Origin: Bryobacterales bacterium
Lineage (GTDB): Bacteria; Acidobacteriota; Terriglobia; Bryobacterales; UBA6623
Assembly (NCBI GenBank): GCA_965248255.1
Contig: CBDFIW010000003.1
Location: 993,239-1,057,238 of the forward strand
Direction: 5' to 3'
DNA length: 64,000 nt
The stretch's first letter is position 1; every line of letters begins with the position of its first letter. The translations under genes and the position numbers were made by a program. Under the pieces are notes generated by a model. That model searched no databases. It had not been told where the DNA came from and was given only the letters and a program-made list of their open reading frames with translations. Shown one piece after another: positions 27,229 to 37,896 of the stretch.

Positions 27229-28281
27229 CTAGACAATCAGCATGCAGTCACCGTAGGAGTAGAAGCGGTATCCCTCACGTACGGCATGCGCATAGGCGTC
27301 GAGTGTCAACTCGCGACCGGCGAAGGCCGACACCAACATCAACAGTGTCGACTGCGGCAGATGGAAATTGGTGAACATCAGGTCAACGGCCTTGAATTCG
27401 AACCCGGGGTAGATGAAGAGTTCCGTGTCCCCGGAGCAAGCCCTGAAACGCCCGCCGCCCGCTCTGATAACATGCTCGATCGTACGCACAGTCGTCGTTC
27501 CCACCGCGGCGACACGTCCAGCCTCGTTAAGCTGGCGCGCCGCCTGTTCTGACACCTCGAACGGCTCAGCGTGCAACTCGTGCTCTTCGACTTCCTCAGC
27601 CGCGATGGGCTGAAACGTGCCCAGGCCGACGTGTAACGTGATCTCGACGCGGCCGACTCGCCGCCGCTCGAGCTGATCCAGCATTTCCGGAGTGAAGTGC
27701 AGGCCCGCGGTCGGAGCCGCCACCGCGCCGGGCCGCCGGGCGTAGACGGTTTGGTATCGTTCCCGGTCTTCTGATTGGTCCGACCTCTTGATGTAAGGCG
27801 GCAACGGCGTGTGGCCGATCCGCTGCAGCGCCTGATCGAAGTCGTCCTCGGACTCGAATCGAAGAACGCGCAAACCCAGCTTGCCGTGTTCGATGATTTC
27901 GGCTTCCAGCCCGCCGGGAAACTGAATCCGCTCTCCAACGCGCAGCTTGCGGCCGGGCCGCACGAGCGCTTCCCATCGCAGGGGAAGGTCTGCGATCTTT
28001 CGCAACAGCAGCACCTCGACCAGGCCTCGGACGTGCGTCTTCGATGTGGTCGCGTGGACGCCGGCACGACGTCCGAACAAGCGCGCCGGGATGACTTTGG
28101 TGTTGTTGAGCGTCAGGCAATCACCTGCACGGAGGTAATTGGGGAAGTCGCGGAAACGGCGGTCCTCCCACGTCCCACTGGCTCGGTCTAGGACCAGCAT
28201 GCGCGCATCAGCGCGGTCTTCGAGGGGATGCTGAGAGATTCGCTCCGGCGGAAGCTGATAGTCGAAGTCGCGGACTCGCAC
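27229..28281 (-). CDS. queA: S-adenosylmethionine:tRNA ribosyltransferase-isomerase
   Basis: MRVRDFDYQLPPERISQHPLEDRADARMLVLDR..., ...TPLPPYIKR..., ...VAAPTAGLHFT... The protein is 350 aa. Confidence 0.9.
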   Translation of the reverse strand: MRVRDFDYQLPPERISQHPLEDRADARMLVLDRASGTWEDRRFRDFPNYLRAGDCLTLNNTKVIPARLFGRRAGVHATTSKTHVRGLVEVLLLRKIADLPLRWEALVRPGRKLRVGERIQFPGGLEAEIIEHGKLGLRVLRFESEDDFDQALQRIGHTPLPPYIKRSDQSEDRERYQTVYARRPGAVAAPTAGLHFTPEMLDQLERRRVGRVEITLHVGLGTFQPIAAEEVEEHELHAEPFEVSEQAARQLNEAGRVAAVGTTTVRTIEHVIRAGGGRFRACSGDTELFIYPGFEFKAVDLMFTNFHLPQSTLLMLVSAFAGRELTLDAYAHAVREGYRFYSYGDCMLIV

Positions 28282-28331
28282 GGTCTCATCTTAGTGAGGT
28301 CTTGGACCTCAAACCGACGAGTCGGGGTTCA

Positions 28332-28466
28332 TGTGGCGTAAGCCTCAAGGCTTGCCGAGTCCCGATTCCTCGGGACTCAGGTCTTCGAAATTTGCAAACT
28401 CGTGGCAGATAGCGATCCTGTCTCGCGACGAATCGCGAGACGGCAAGGCTGGAGCCTTGCGCCACA
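28332..28466. repeat. 135-bp palindromic intergenic element (MITE/REP-like) with about 23-bp terminal inverted repeats and internal hairpins
   Basis: TGTGGCGTAAGCCTCAAGGCTTG (28332-28354) pairs with CAAGGCTGGAGCCTTGCGCCACA (28444-28466), 19/23 complementary. Internal hairpins are GAGTCCCG-ATTCCT-CGGGACTC and GTCTCGCGA-CGAA-TCGCGAGAC. Confidence 0.7.
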
Positions 28467-28640
28467 TCTCACCTGGATACTAGCGCAAGAACTTCAGCTG
28501 TTTGCTCAGATCACACACCGAATAGACGGCCATTGACGTGCGGTAACGAAACCGTTGCGTTTCTGGATTCGCCGGTGGAAAAACCGCCCGGTTGAGATCG
28601 ACGCGGGGCCCATCTACCGCCAGGGCGTGCGCGGCCTGAG

Positions 28641-29783
28641 TTAGCGCAGGGCCCTTCCGCGTGGTAGTCGAGGGGGTTCCGGCGCGGGGGATGGCGCCAT
28701 CAGCGCGTCGCCTGGAGGCACGAAAACGATGCGCGGTGCAGGCTGCCCGTTGGACTCATGATCGGCGTCGAGCAGCATCACGGGAAAAGCCGAGGCGCCG
28801 GTAATGCGGAACACGGCATTCCCTGCAAGTGCCTTCAAACGGCTGGGTTGGCACTCGCACGTTACGAGGTTCGGCGAGTCACCGTTAGCGGGCAGGATCA
28901 CCACCTGGTTTGTCTGTGAGCTTGCGGCAAACACGCGTTCGTTGTCCGCCGAGGCAGCCACAGCCACCGGCCGCAGGATGCTTTCCCGCTCGCCGCCCAG
29001 TACGGTAGCCTGCGCTGCCCCTCGGACATCACGCACCAGCAACACCTCGTTTCGATCGTAGTCCGCAACCACGGCGTCCGAAGAGCCGTGCAAGAACGCG
29101 ATCGACGAAGGTCGCCCGACGGGCAGGATAGATCGAGGAGACTGCTGCGGCCCCACAAGATAAACCGAGCCGCCGCCTTCAGCCGATACACCGGCCAGGA
29201 CGGATTCGCCATCGTCGCTGATGGCGAGCGCCGCCAGTACACCTGGCACTGTCTCGACCGAAGCGCGGCCCCGCGCCTGAGGATCGTCGGGGAGGCCCGT
29301 CACGATTTGCACCTGCTTCGTCTGGCGGTTGTAGAGACCGGCGGCCCCACCGCTGGGGCTCAGCACAATGCGATCGATCCCGGTGTCGAGCCCGGAGGTC
29401 TCGATCTCAACCAGTTCAGCTCCGCTCAGATCGTAGAGATGCGCCTCACCCGTGCTGCTCTCGAAGCCGAACCCGTACTTTGGTTGGGACGAAACCTCTA
29501 GCCCGCCCAGATGCACTTCGAATGGGAACGCAGGCGCCATCTGTGACGCACCGGCGATACCAAGCAGCCGCCAAAGGAGCTGCGTTTGACGATCGAATAT
29601 GTAGCCGAGGACCGGGCCCTCGACCGGATTGCCGCTGTCCTCTAGCGAGGCGCCTTCCGCCAGAGCCTTAACTACGGCCGGCGCTGAAACTGCTACCTCT
29701 ACTTGCGCCGAGCAAAGGACCGGAGTGAGGATCAGCAGCCATCCAAGCCCACGGGCTGCCGGGGGTTTCCATGCCAGTTTCAT
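28641..29783 (-). CDS. hypothetical secreted protein (possible beta-propeller)
   Basis: Signal peptide MKLAWKPPAARGLGWLLILTPVLCSAQ, then repetitive beta-rich sequence. The ORF extends to 29852. Confidence 0.5.
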   Translation of the reverse strand: MKLAWKPPAARGLGWLLILTPVLCSAQVEVAVSAPAVVKALAEGASLEDSGNPVEGPVLGYIFDRQTQLLWRLLGIAGASQMAPAFPFEVHLGGLEVSSQPKYGFGFESSTGEAHLYDLSGAELVEIETSGLDTGIDRIVLSPSGGAAGLYNRQTKQVQIVTGLPDDPQARGRASVETVPGVLAALAISDDGESVLAGVSAEGGGSVYLVGPQQSPRSILPVGRPSSIAFLHGSSDAVVADYDRNEVLLVRDVRGAAQATVLGGERESILRPVAVAASADNERVFAASSQTNQVVILPANGDSPNLVTCECQPSRLKALAGNAVFRITGASAFPVMLLDADHESNGQPAPRIVFVPPGDALMAPSPAPEPPRLPRGRALR

Positions 29784-29960
29784 TTCGCTGTTGCAGCTCT
29801 CGTAGGCCGCTGGACGTGAGTTAGAACGCTCGTCTCCGGCGTGCGAGTTCACCGGGGAAGCGGTGCCGTGACAACCTAGGTAACGCCCCTCCGTCCTAGT
29901 TGAGTGCCCCGGTTGAGGTTACCACAAAGGCACCCGCGAAGCGCAGGATTCGAAGAGCCC

Positions 29961-31548
29961 TGTCAAGGCCCAATGAAATGTCCCCTTCGGTAGCCCAGTA
30001 GAAGTGTCCCCTTGGTGATAGGAGAGAATCGTCATCGTCGGGGCTGTGGAACTGTGGGAATCGCGCAGCGATTTCCAAGGGGCGGTGGGAAGGGTGGAAA
30101 ACCATCCACGGTTCCTCGAGCCCGGCACGGCTGCCGCCACAAGGTTTTCCACGCTTTCCATCCGACCCGGCATTTCCACAGCCCTCTTATGAATTCGCAG
30201 CTCGTGTTTTCCGCAGCACAGCTCGCCGCCAGGGGTGATTCGCCGCCGGCTTGCGTCCGGCCACCACGTTCCCCTGCGGTGCCGGCTTCGTCCGCAGCCG
30301 TGGCGTCGGCGTGGCGATCACTTCGTGCTCGATCTCGTGCCCCTCAAACCTCACCTGCAAGCTCTCATCGCGCCCCTGTTGGACCGTCACCCGTGCACCC
30401 GCCCCCACGCCCTGATTGCGTTTCGGCTTCAACTGCAAACAACGATTCTCGAAACGCACCACCTGGTCGTTGCTCACCACCCGTTCGTATTCGAAGCAGA
30501 ACACGCCTCGCAGCTCGGTGCCGCGGGGTAGCGCCTGGTGAAAGTCCGCTCCCGCCGCCGGCTCGCAGCAGAAGCGCTCGTTGTGCTCGGCTAAGTACTC
30601 CTCGCCGAGGTAACGGTTCGCCGCCTCGTAATCAACGATGCCCCGCAGCCGCATCTTCTTGATCAGGCGGTCCTGGTGCGTGCCGTGATGGCGTTCGACA
30701 CGTCCCTTGGCTTGCGGCGACGATGCGGCAATGATGCCAATGCCAAGCTTCGCGCACATGCGCCCGAACTGCGTCTCGGGCTTGATGCCTTCCAGTGCTT
30801 ACCGCGACGTCGGCTGGCGCTGGTAGACGTTTTTCCAGTCGCAGTACAACGCCTTGGGAACGCCGTGTTGGCGCACCCAGGCTTGGAGCAGATCGGCCGC
30901 GGCCCAGGTCGTTTCCTGGCCCGAGAAGCGGCACAGTGCAAGACCGGTCGCGTCATCGACAAAGTTCATCAAACAGGCTTTCGGGCCGCGTCCTTCCAGC
31001 CAGTGGTGGTGCGAACCGTCGAGTTGAATCAGCTCGCCGAAGTGCGCTTTGCGTTGCCGCCGGCTGCGATGCGGTGGGCGCTTGCGACTCCGGCTCCACA
31101 GGCCCGCCGCGAGCATCCAGCGCCGCAGCGTTTCGCGCGGCACTTCCAGGCCCTGATCGGCTGCCAGATGTTCCGACGCCAGCGTCGGCCCGAAGCGCTC
31201 GTGCCCCTCGCCCGCATAGTTTGCGTGCACCAACTCGAGAACCTGCTCGCGGCGCTTGTCATCGGCTCGGTTCGAAGCGCGGCCGACGTTACCGTGCACC
31301 AAAGCCTTGACCCCGCCTGCTCGGTAACGCTTGTTGAGCCGCTTCGCTTGGCGGTAGCTGACCTCCAGCAGTGCGGTGGCTTCGGTCAACTTCAGTTCCC
31401 CTCGTTTCACTCGGCTCAGCACTTCGCCGCGCCTCAACTCCTTGGCACTCATCCATGTCCTTCCCAATCTTTCACCTCCTCGCAGAGGTCCAGATTAGGG
31501 GACATTTCTATTGGGCGCTCAAGGGGACATTATCATTGGGCTTCAACA
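29961..31548 (-). mobile_element. ISNCY/IS1202-like insertion sequence, copy B (inverted relative to A and C), 1588 bp
   Basis: It has the same termini as copy A: TGTCAAGGCCCAAT at 29961 and ...GGGCTTCAACA ending at 31548. The doubled 19-bp motifs lie at 31498-31516 and 31523-31541. It is near-identical to copy A. Confidence 0.85.
30187..31467 (-). pseudogene. ISNCY-family transposase with premature stop
   Basis: The GAA (Glu) codon of copy A (...TSREALEG) is TAA here (plus strand TTA 30799-30801). This splits the gene into ORFs 30799..31467 and 30187..30759. Confidence 0.85.
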
Positions 31549-32054
31549 CAATTCAATACCGGACCCAATCGATTCCTCTGCGGATGTTGAAGCGTTTGGA
31601 GCCAGGAAAAGCTCTCGATGTCGGGATGGGCCAGGGCCGTAACGCGATCTACCTTGCGCAACAAGGTTGGGACGTGACCGGCTTTGATCCAGCCGTCTTC
31701 GCGCTACAGAAGGCTGACCAGAGGGCCTCCGAGCTGGGCGTCAAGGTGAACATCGTTGTTGCAGGCGAAGAAGACTTCGATTGGGGCGAGGAGCAGTGGG
31801 ACCTGATTCTCTTTAGCTACGCGGACGTAAATCAAAACGTGGAGCGAGCACGCCGCTCGCTTCGGTCCGGCGGCGTCGTAGTCGTCGAGGGTTTCCACGG
31901 GGCACGCGACGACAACAATGTATTCTTCGACGACAACGAACTCATTGAGCTTTTCCCCGATTTCCGCATCTTGCAGTACGAAGATGTGGAGGATGTGGCC
32001 GACTTCGGCTTAAAGCGCCTGAGGGTAGTCCGGATGCTCGCGCAGAAGCCGTAG
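31549..32054 (+). pseudogene. C-terminal part of a lipoprotein class I SAM-dependent methyltransferase (N-terminal part at 52898..53268, minus strand)
   Basis: It starts QFNTGPNRFL... directly at the IS end. The SAM motif LDVGMGQGRNAIYLAQQGWDVTGFD lies in the -1 frame, which implies an extra 1-nt lesion near 31575-31579. Confidence 0.7.
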
Positions 32055-32078
32055 GCCGTGCAATTTGGCACGGGCCTA
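32050..32078 (+). terminator. stem-loop overlapping the stop codon (no clear T-tract)
   Basis: GTAGGCCGTGC-AATTTG-GCACGGGCCTAC forms an 11-bp stem with one bulge. Confidence 0.3.
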
Positions 32079-32512
32079 CGCACAGTCGCGAGACTGGACT
32101 TCTGCGGCAACGACTCCTCGCAGCAAGCGATCTCGAGCGTTCCCGGCTCGCTTCCGGGATGGGGGGTGATCTCAATGGGTCGATGCAACACCTTTCCTGG
32201 AAGGAAGGGTGAAGTGTAAGCCTAAGAAATCAAAAGGGTAACGATGAGGACACCGCGCTTCCTGCTAGATCCTGTTGAAGTACAAGAGGTTACGCGGTTG
32301 CGGTTGGGGGCTTCGGATGATGGGTAAGCCACTAGTCCCTCTCGGCGTTCGGACACTCCAGCTAAAGGATTTGACGCGGGTGTTGCGTTGACCGGTTGAG
32401 CCGGCAGGGATTGTCGGAAGTGAAGCTTTACGGTGGGTCATATGCCGTTGCAGCAAGCCCAGCCCTACACTTTGCCCGGAACACCCATGACCGCCTACCG
32501 AACGCGGACGCT

Positions 32513-33988
32513 TCAACCTGTGCGGGCCGACTCTTGACCACGACCCGAGCGGAGTGGCAACTCAAGTCTGGCGATGCAGCCCGTCGTATCTTTGCGGTTC
32601 TCCAGCGTCAGCGCCCCACCGTGGTTCTCCGCGATCTTGCGGGAAAGGACCAGGCCGATGCCTGTTCCATTGGGCTTAGTGGTGAAAAATGGAACGAACA
32701 GATTCGCATCACTCGATAGCTCCGGTCCTTCGTCAAGCACGTGAATCCGGGCCGTCTTTCCATTCCGGCTCCAACCGATCTGAACGCTGCCGCCCGTCTG
32801 GGCCTCAGCCTCCGCCCCGTTCTGAACGAGGTTGATAAGCAGCTGCTCCAGTTGGGCTGAGTCGGCGTCAACTGTGAGGTCCGGTCCAGATTCGACGTGA
32901 ACGCCGAAGGCCTGCTTGATCTTCGCGACCCGTTCAACGCACTCACGAAGCTTCACGGCTTCAAAGTTCGGTGGCGGAAGCTTCGCAAGCCGCGCATACG
33001 CGCTCGTAAAGCGGCCCAGCGCCTCGGCACGTGACCCGATCGCCCCAAGACCTTGCTCCATGTCCTGCTGCCAATCCGGGTCAGACGTCGGCCGACGCAG
33101 CATCGATCGAAGACTGCCCGTAATCGACTGGATCGGCGCCAGCGAGTTGTTGAGTTCGTGGCTGAGGACGCGGACCAACCGCTGCCAAGCCTGTAACTCT
33201 TCTTCTCGAAGCTCCAGTGTTAGGTCGGCAAGCACCAAAAGCCGATGCGGTACACCCTGCTCGTGGAACTTCGTGCAAGTGATTCCCCAGCGCCCGGATC
33301 CGCCGGCGAACGACTTCTGCAGAGTCCGCGGTGCGCTCTTGTCAAGGCATTCCACCAGGTCAAGTTCACCGGCGGTGCGGCCCAACAGGCGCTCTTCGGG
33401 CGCTCCTAGGAGCTTAGCCCCCGCCCGGTTGACAAGACGCAGCCGGTCTTGGTTGTCGAAAGTGAAGACCGCGACATCAATCTCCTGCATGACTTTTCGG
33501 AGCAGGTGTGTCGCTTCGACGGCGCTGAGGCGTTGCTCGCGCAACATCTGCCCCATCAGGTTGACTTCGTCCATCACTTCGCCCAGTGCGTCTTCCCTGG
33601 CAACACGGGCGCGAAGCGAATAGTCACCTTCGCGCAGGGCTGCCAGCAAGTTGGCGAGCGTTCGTAAAGGAAACACAACTCGCTGCCGAACCGCAAAAGA
33701 AAACCCAAGCCAGGAAACCACGATGAGAATCAGAAACGTCCATTGAGCCTTGGGAGTGTAATCTCCGGTGAACAGGAAAACCATCGAGGCGACCACCGCC
33801 GGCAGGCCTGCCAGAAGGGAATACGCAAGCACGCGCCGTTCGTGTCGCGGCGGCTGCTTCGGGTCGTTGCGATGGAACAGCACGGATTCAGGTTCTCGCT
33901 CTAGAGGCCGTATTTTTGGAGCCGCCGGTACATGGCGCTGCGGCTGAGGCCCAGATCCTTCGCCGCACCGGTGACGCTGCCATTGCAT
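32513..33988 (-). CDS. NtrY-like sensor histidine kinase (TM-HAMP-PAS-HisKA-HATPase_c)
   Basis: LANLLAALREGDYSLR (HAMP), H-box SHELNNSLAPIQS, and NLVQNGAEA..DEGPEL..GTGIGLVLS. The annotated ORF overlaps the upstream regulator by 88 nt, so a later start (GTG near 33886) is likely. Confidence 0.8.
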   Translation of the reverse strand: MQWQRHRCGEGSGPQPQRHVPAAPKIRPLEREPESVLFHRNDPKQPPRHERRVLAYSLLAGLPAVVASMVFLFTGDYTPKAQWTFLILIVVSWLGFSFAVRQRVVFPLRTLANLLAALREGDYSLRARVAREDALGEVMDEVNLMGQMLREQRLSAVEATHLLRKVMQEIDVAVFTFDNQDRLRLVNRAGAKLLGAPEERLLGRTAGELDLVECLDKSAPRTLQKSFAGGSGRWGITCTKFHEQGVPHRLLVLADLTLELREEELQAWQRLVRVLSHELNNSLAPIQSITGSLRSMLRRPTSDPDWQQDMEQGLGAIGSRAEALGRFTSAYARLAKLPPPNFEAVKLRECVERVAKIKQAFGVHVESGPDLTVDADSAQLEQLLINLVQNGAEAEAQTGGSVQIGWSRNGKTARIHVLDEGPELSSDANLFVPFFTTKPNGTGIGLVLSRKIAENHGGALTLENRKDTTGCIARLELPLRSGRGQESARTG

Positions 33989-35250
33989 CTCTCGAGCGTC
34001 TTCTTGATGAGATAGCGCTCCACTTCTTCAAGGCTCATGTCCTCCAGCCGGGGTGCGCCGGCGGCAGGTGCGGCGAGGCCCAGGTCCGTCTCGGTGACCC
34101 CCTCGCCCTTGGCCATCAGCACACTCCGCTGGACTACGTGATTCAGTTCGCGCACATTCCCCGGCCATGGGTGGCGAAGAAGCGAATCCATCGCCGTGGC
34201 TTCGAACCCTTGCAGCCGCTTGCCATAGCGCTTGCCGGCTTCTTCAAGAAAGTGCGCGGCGAGCATGGGTATGTCCTCCGCACGCTCGCGCAACGGCGGC
34301 AGATGAATCTCTACCGTGTTCAGGCGGAACAACAGGTCATCTCGAAACCGCCCTTGGTCAACCGTACAAGGCAGGTCCGCATTGGTCGCTGACAGCACCC
34401 GCGCATCGACTTTGCGGGTCTTCGATGAACCGACACGTTCAACCTCGCCTGTCTCGAGAACACGCAACAGCCGAGCCTGCTGAGCGGGGGTGATGTTCGC
34501 GATCTCATCGAGAAACAGTGTCCCGCCGTGCGCAAGCTCAAACCGCCCGATACGGTCCGCGGCGGCCCCGGTGAACGCGCCTTTCGTATGTCCGAAAATC
34601 TCGCTTTCAAAAACGCCCTCGGCCAAGCCACCGATATTGACCGAAATCATCGCGTTCTTCGCTCGCGGCGAGATCTGATGCAGCGTCTGCGCCACGATTT
34701 CCTTCCCCGTTCCATGCTCGCCGGTAATGAGAACGTTGGCATCCGAAGGGCCGACCCGCGCGATCATCTCCAATACGGGTTTCATCGCCGCCGACTCTGC
34801 AATGAGCGTCGGGAGACCGTCGTTGCGCAGGATTTCGTTCTCGACCTGCAGGCGGCGCTCATTGCGAAGCGCCCGGGCCAGTTCGGTCTGTGCGCGGACG
34901 ATGCTAACGAGCCGGGTGTTGTCCCACGGTTTTTGGACGAAGTCGCGTGCGCCCCTCCTCATCGCTTCCACCGCGAGTTCGACGCTTCCCCAGGCGGTCA
35001 TCACGACCACTGGCAGTGTGGAGTCGATCGCCCGGAGCCTTGACAACAGGTCGAGCCCTTCGTGTCCCGATGTAGTGTCGCGTGTGTAGTTCAGATCTAT
35101 GAGGACGACATCGAACTCGTCCTTCGCAACGGAGCGCAGAACTTGCGCGGGAGATATTGCGGATTTCGTCTCATAGCCTTCCCCTTTGAGGAGAAGGCGC
35201 AGGGCGGTGAGTACGTCCTGTTGATCGTCGGCAATAAGGACTTTCGACAT
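33901..35250 (-). CDS. sigma-54-dependent response regulator (NtrC/NtrX family: REC + AAA+ + Fis HTH)
   Basis: [17 protein letters not shown]..., [14 protein letters not shown], the ESELFGH-like motif SEIFGH, and a C-terminal HTH ([21 protein letters not shown]). Confidence 0.9.
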   Translation of the reverse strand: MSKVLIADDQQDVLTALRLLLKGEGYETKSAISPAQVLRSVAKDEFDVVLIDLNYTRDTTSGHEGLDLLSRLRAIDSTLPVVVMTAWGSVELAVEAMRRGARDFVQKPWDNTRLVSIVRAQTELARALRNERRLQVENEILRNDGLPTLIAESAAMKPVLEMIARVGPSDANVLITGEHGTGKEIVAQTLHQISPRAKNAMISVNIGGLAEGVFESEIFGHTKGAFTGAAADRIGRFELAHGGTLFLDEIANITPAQQARLLRVLETGEVERVGSSKTRKVDARVLSATNADLPCTVDQGRFRDDLLFRLNTVEIHLPPLRERAEDIPMLAAHFLEEAGKRYGKRLQGFEATAMDSLLRHPWPGNVRELNHVVQRSVLMAKGEGVTETDLGLAAPAAGAPRLEDMSLEEVERYLIKKTLERCNGSVTGAAKDLGLSRSAMYRRLQKYGL

Positions 35251-35399
35251 GGTGGCGCGGCTACATGCTGAGCCTATCGCGCGGCGGCCCGGAAAACAAT
35301 GACTGGCGACCCTGTACTAAGGAGGCATTGTTGATGCCTGCGCCGTCGGGCAACCACACCTCGCAAACGGGCGAGAGATTGGTACTGCCGGCCATGGGC

Positions 35400-35620
35400 T
35401 AATCGTGCCGAAGTGCAACCAAGGGATCGACCTGCGTGGCCCGGTGGGCGGGAATGTGGCAGGCGAGCATGGCCAACCCAATGATCGCTAGTCCGGCGAC
35501 GGCAAAGGTGATAGGGTCGGTTGGTGTGACCCCATAAAGCTGATGGGAGATAAGCCTCGTCAATGCTATCGACAAGGCAACACCGACGCCGATTCCGAGA
35601 AGAGTTAGCCTATTGACTCC
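35400..35620 (-). pseudogene. last transmembrane segment / C-terminus of an ADOP-type (MacB/FtsX-like) permease
   Basis: ...LTRLISHQLYGVTPTDPITFAVAGLAIIGLAMLACHIPAHRATQVDPLVALRHD* is the canonical FtsX-permease C-terminus. It is separated from the N-terminal part by the IS630 remnant. Confidence 0.75.
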
Positions 35621-36345
35621 CGCATAATATAGAGTCAGTCAAAACAAAGAGAAGACTGTTTCCAGAAGGCCGTGATCAAACGCGGTTTGCGGTACATGCG
35701 GCGGAGTGCCTTGCGGGCCCGCTCGTTCAGCTCGCCGTAGTCTTTCGGACAGACGTTCGGCAACTCGTGCTGCTTCCAGTAAGCCCAGATGTATTCCACC
35801 GGATTCAACTCCGGCGCATAGGGTGGCAAGTACTCGGTTGCGATGTGGCCTTCGGAGAGTTCGATGAACTCTTGCACCAGGCGGCTACGGTGCGCCGGCA
35901 GCCGATCCCAGACGATCAGCAGCGGGCGATCGATATGACGTACCAACGCCTTGAGAAAGTCGATCACTTGCTCTTTGCCGATCGCACCGGGATAGAGCCG
36001 GAAGTAGAAGTTACGCAGCGTCAGCCCCGCCGAGACGGAAAGCTTCTCCCAGTTGAAGTTAAACTGCAGCACCGGTGTTTGGCCACGTGGCGCCCAGGTG
36101 CGGCAGCGATGCGGCTTCTGACTCAATCCGCTTTCGTCGATGAAGACGAGCGTACGGCCTTCGTTTTGGGCTTTTTTTTAATGCGCTTCCAGGTCTTGCG
36201 CTTCCAGGTGCGGATCCGCTCTTCGTTGCGCTCGCGCGCCTTTCCGGCCGGGCGTTGCGGGCTCCAGTCGAGCGCTCGCAGGATCTTCCAGGCGTGGCCT
36301 GCGTGGTATGCGACCCCGAACTCGTCTCCGATCATGCTTCACAAC
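35621..36345 (-). mobile_element. IS630-family remnant, 5'-truncated (boundaries approximate)
   Basis: The transposase lacks its N-terminal HTH region of about 100 aa. I found no matching inverted repeat at the upstream side. The 3' end lies about 15-20 nt beyond the stop (35635). Confidence 0.7.
35635..36335 (-). CDS. IS630-family transposase fragment with -1 frameshift site at an A8 run
   Basis: orfA is ...WKRKTWKRIKKK. The -1 frame reads KKAQNEGRTLVFIDESGLSQKPHRCRTWAPRGQTP...DRLPAHRS...YAPELNPVEYIW (DDE). The plus-strand T8 run lies at 36172-36179. Confidence 0.8.
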
Positions 36346-37896
36346 GGAATCCTGTTCACCCACTCGGCTCAGGTTCCTCGACCCCCCCCCCATCAGAGGC
36401 ATCCCTCCAGCAATCAACGCGGATTTGATCCCGGGCAGGGTCCTCAGCCGGCTCAAAGCGGACTCAGCGAATAACCTTCGCTCATCCGGACTCTGATATT
36501 TGGAGCCGGGAAGCATCGCCGCCATGGTCAATAGCTTTTCGTGGTTGAAACCAAACTCGGTGTGGCTCCCACCGCCCAACATGCTGAGGATCAGGCCCGC
36601 ACCGCCTAACAGGCCCGTCGTGAGCGCTAATTGCGACACCAGCAGCGCGTGGCGGAAACGCCGTCCTCCCTTACCGGTCGAAGCGCGCGTGCTCCCCTCC
36701 TTGAGGGTGTGGTTCACGTCCACCCGTGAGGCCTGCCACGCCGGCGCCAAGCCGAACAGGATCCCGCTGAGACAAGAGACGAGAAACATGAAGGTGAGCG
36801 CCTCCCCATCGAGCCGAAGCCCCCCGATGGCCTGCGTCCACTGCGCCGGCATGTAGCCCATCAGCCCCGCGACACCCAGGTACGCCACTCCGAGTCCGAG
36901 CACCCCTCCAAGTAGGGCGACAAGAATGCCCTCAATAAGGAGTTGGCGCACGATCTTGAATCGGCCGGCCCCCAGCGCCGTCCGCAGCGCCAACTCCTTG
37001 CGCCTTTCCAGCGCCCGCGCCAATTGGATATGCGAAACATTCGCGCACGCGATCAAGAACACGAAACCGACCGGCAACATGATGAGCAAGCCGTTCACAT
37101 TGAACCGCTGCGCGATCACGTCTCTCGGTGCCAGCATGTAAGAGCCCCAATCGCCGTTCGTTTCCGGGTACTCCTGCGCCAGCCGCTCCGCCAGCGTCGA
37201 GAACTCCGCCTGCGCCTCCTCAATCGTCCTGCCCGGCTTCAGCCGCGTCCAGACGCGCAAATCCCGCACGCCGCGGGACGAGGCGCTCATTTCCTCCTCG
37301 GTGAACACCATGGGAACCCACGCTTCCATTTCCCGCCAGAACCCGGTCGGCATCACGCCGACGACTGTGTACAGCTCGCTGTTCAGACGAACGCGCGAAC
37401 CGAGGACCTCCGGGTCGCGGCCCAGCTGCCGCGTCCAGAAGCCCTCGCTGAAAATCGCGACCTTGTCGTTGCCCCGCACGCCCTCGTCGGCGCGAAAAAA
37501 GCGTCCTTCGAGTGCTGGTACGCCAAGTATGGGGAAAAGATTCGTCGTGACTCGTTGTGCCCGCACCGGAAGCGCCTCGCTACCCCGATCCATGATGAAC
37601 TGCGAGTAGCGGAACGTCCCCATCGCTTCGAAGACGGTATTCTGCTCCCGGAAATCACGAAGGTCCGGCGCCGAGATGTTCCTCCGCCGGCCGTCTTTCT
37701 TGTTTTCAGCCTGGACGATTACCAGCGTATCGCGGTCCTTGTACTGGAAGCTGCCGACGAGCGACTGCCGCATCAGGCTGAAAATCGCGGTGTTGGCCCC
37801 GATCCCCAAGGCCAACGTCACTGCTGCCACCGCCGTTGTGAGCGGATTCTTGAACAGCATCCGCAGGCTGCACCTAAGGTCCCGGAGAAACCTCAC
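36346..37896 (-). pseudogene. N-terminal about 515 aa of an ADOP-family duplicated permease (MacB_PCD + FtsX), truncated
   Basis: Starts at a GTG (MRFLRDLRCSLRMLFKNPLTTAVAAVTLALGIGANTAIFS), followed by a periplasmic domain and 3 TM segments. The ORF then reads into IS630 sequence. About 270 aa (the second periplasmic domain and two TM segments) are missing. Confidence 0.8.

Noticed and set aside
31371-32054. 227-aa ORF treated as one gene.
   Set aside because: It is chimeric. Residues up to ...LGFNT are antisense or terminal IS sequence of copy B, and only 31549 onward is the methyltransferase fragment.
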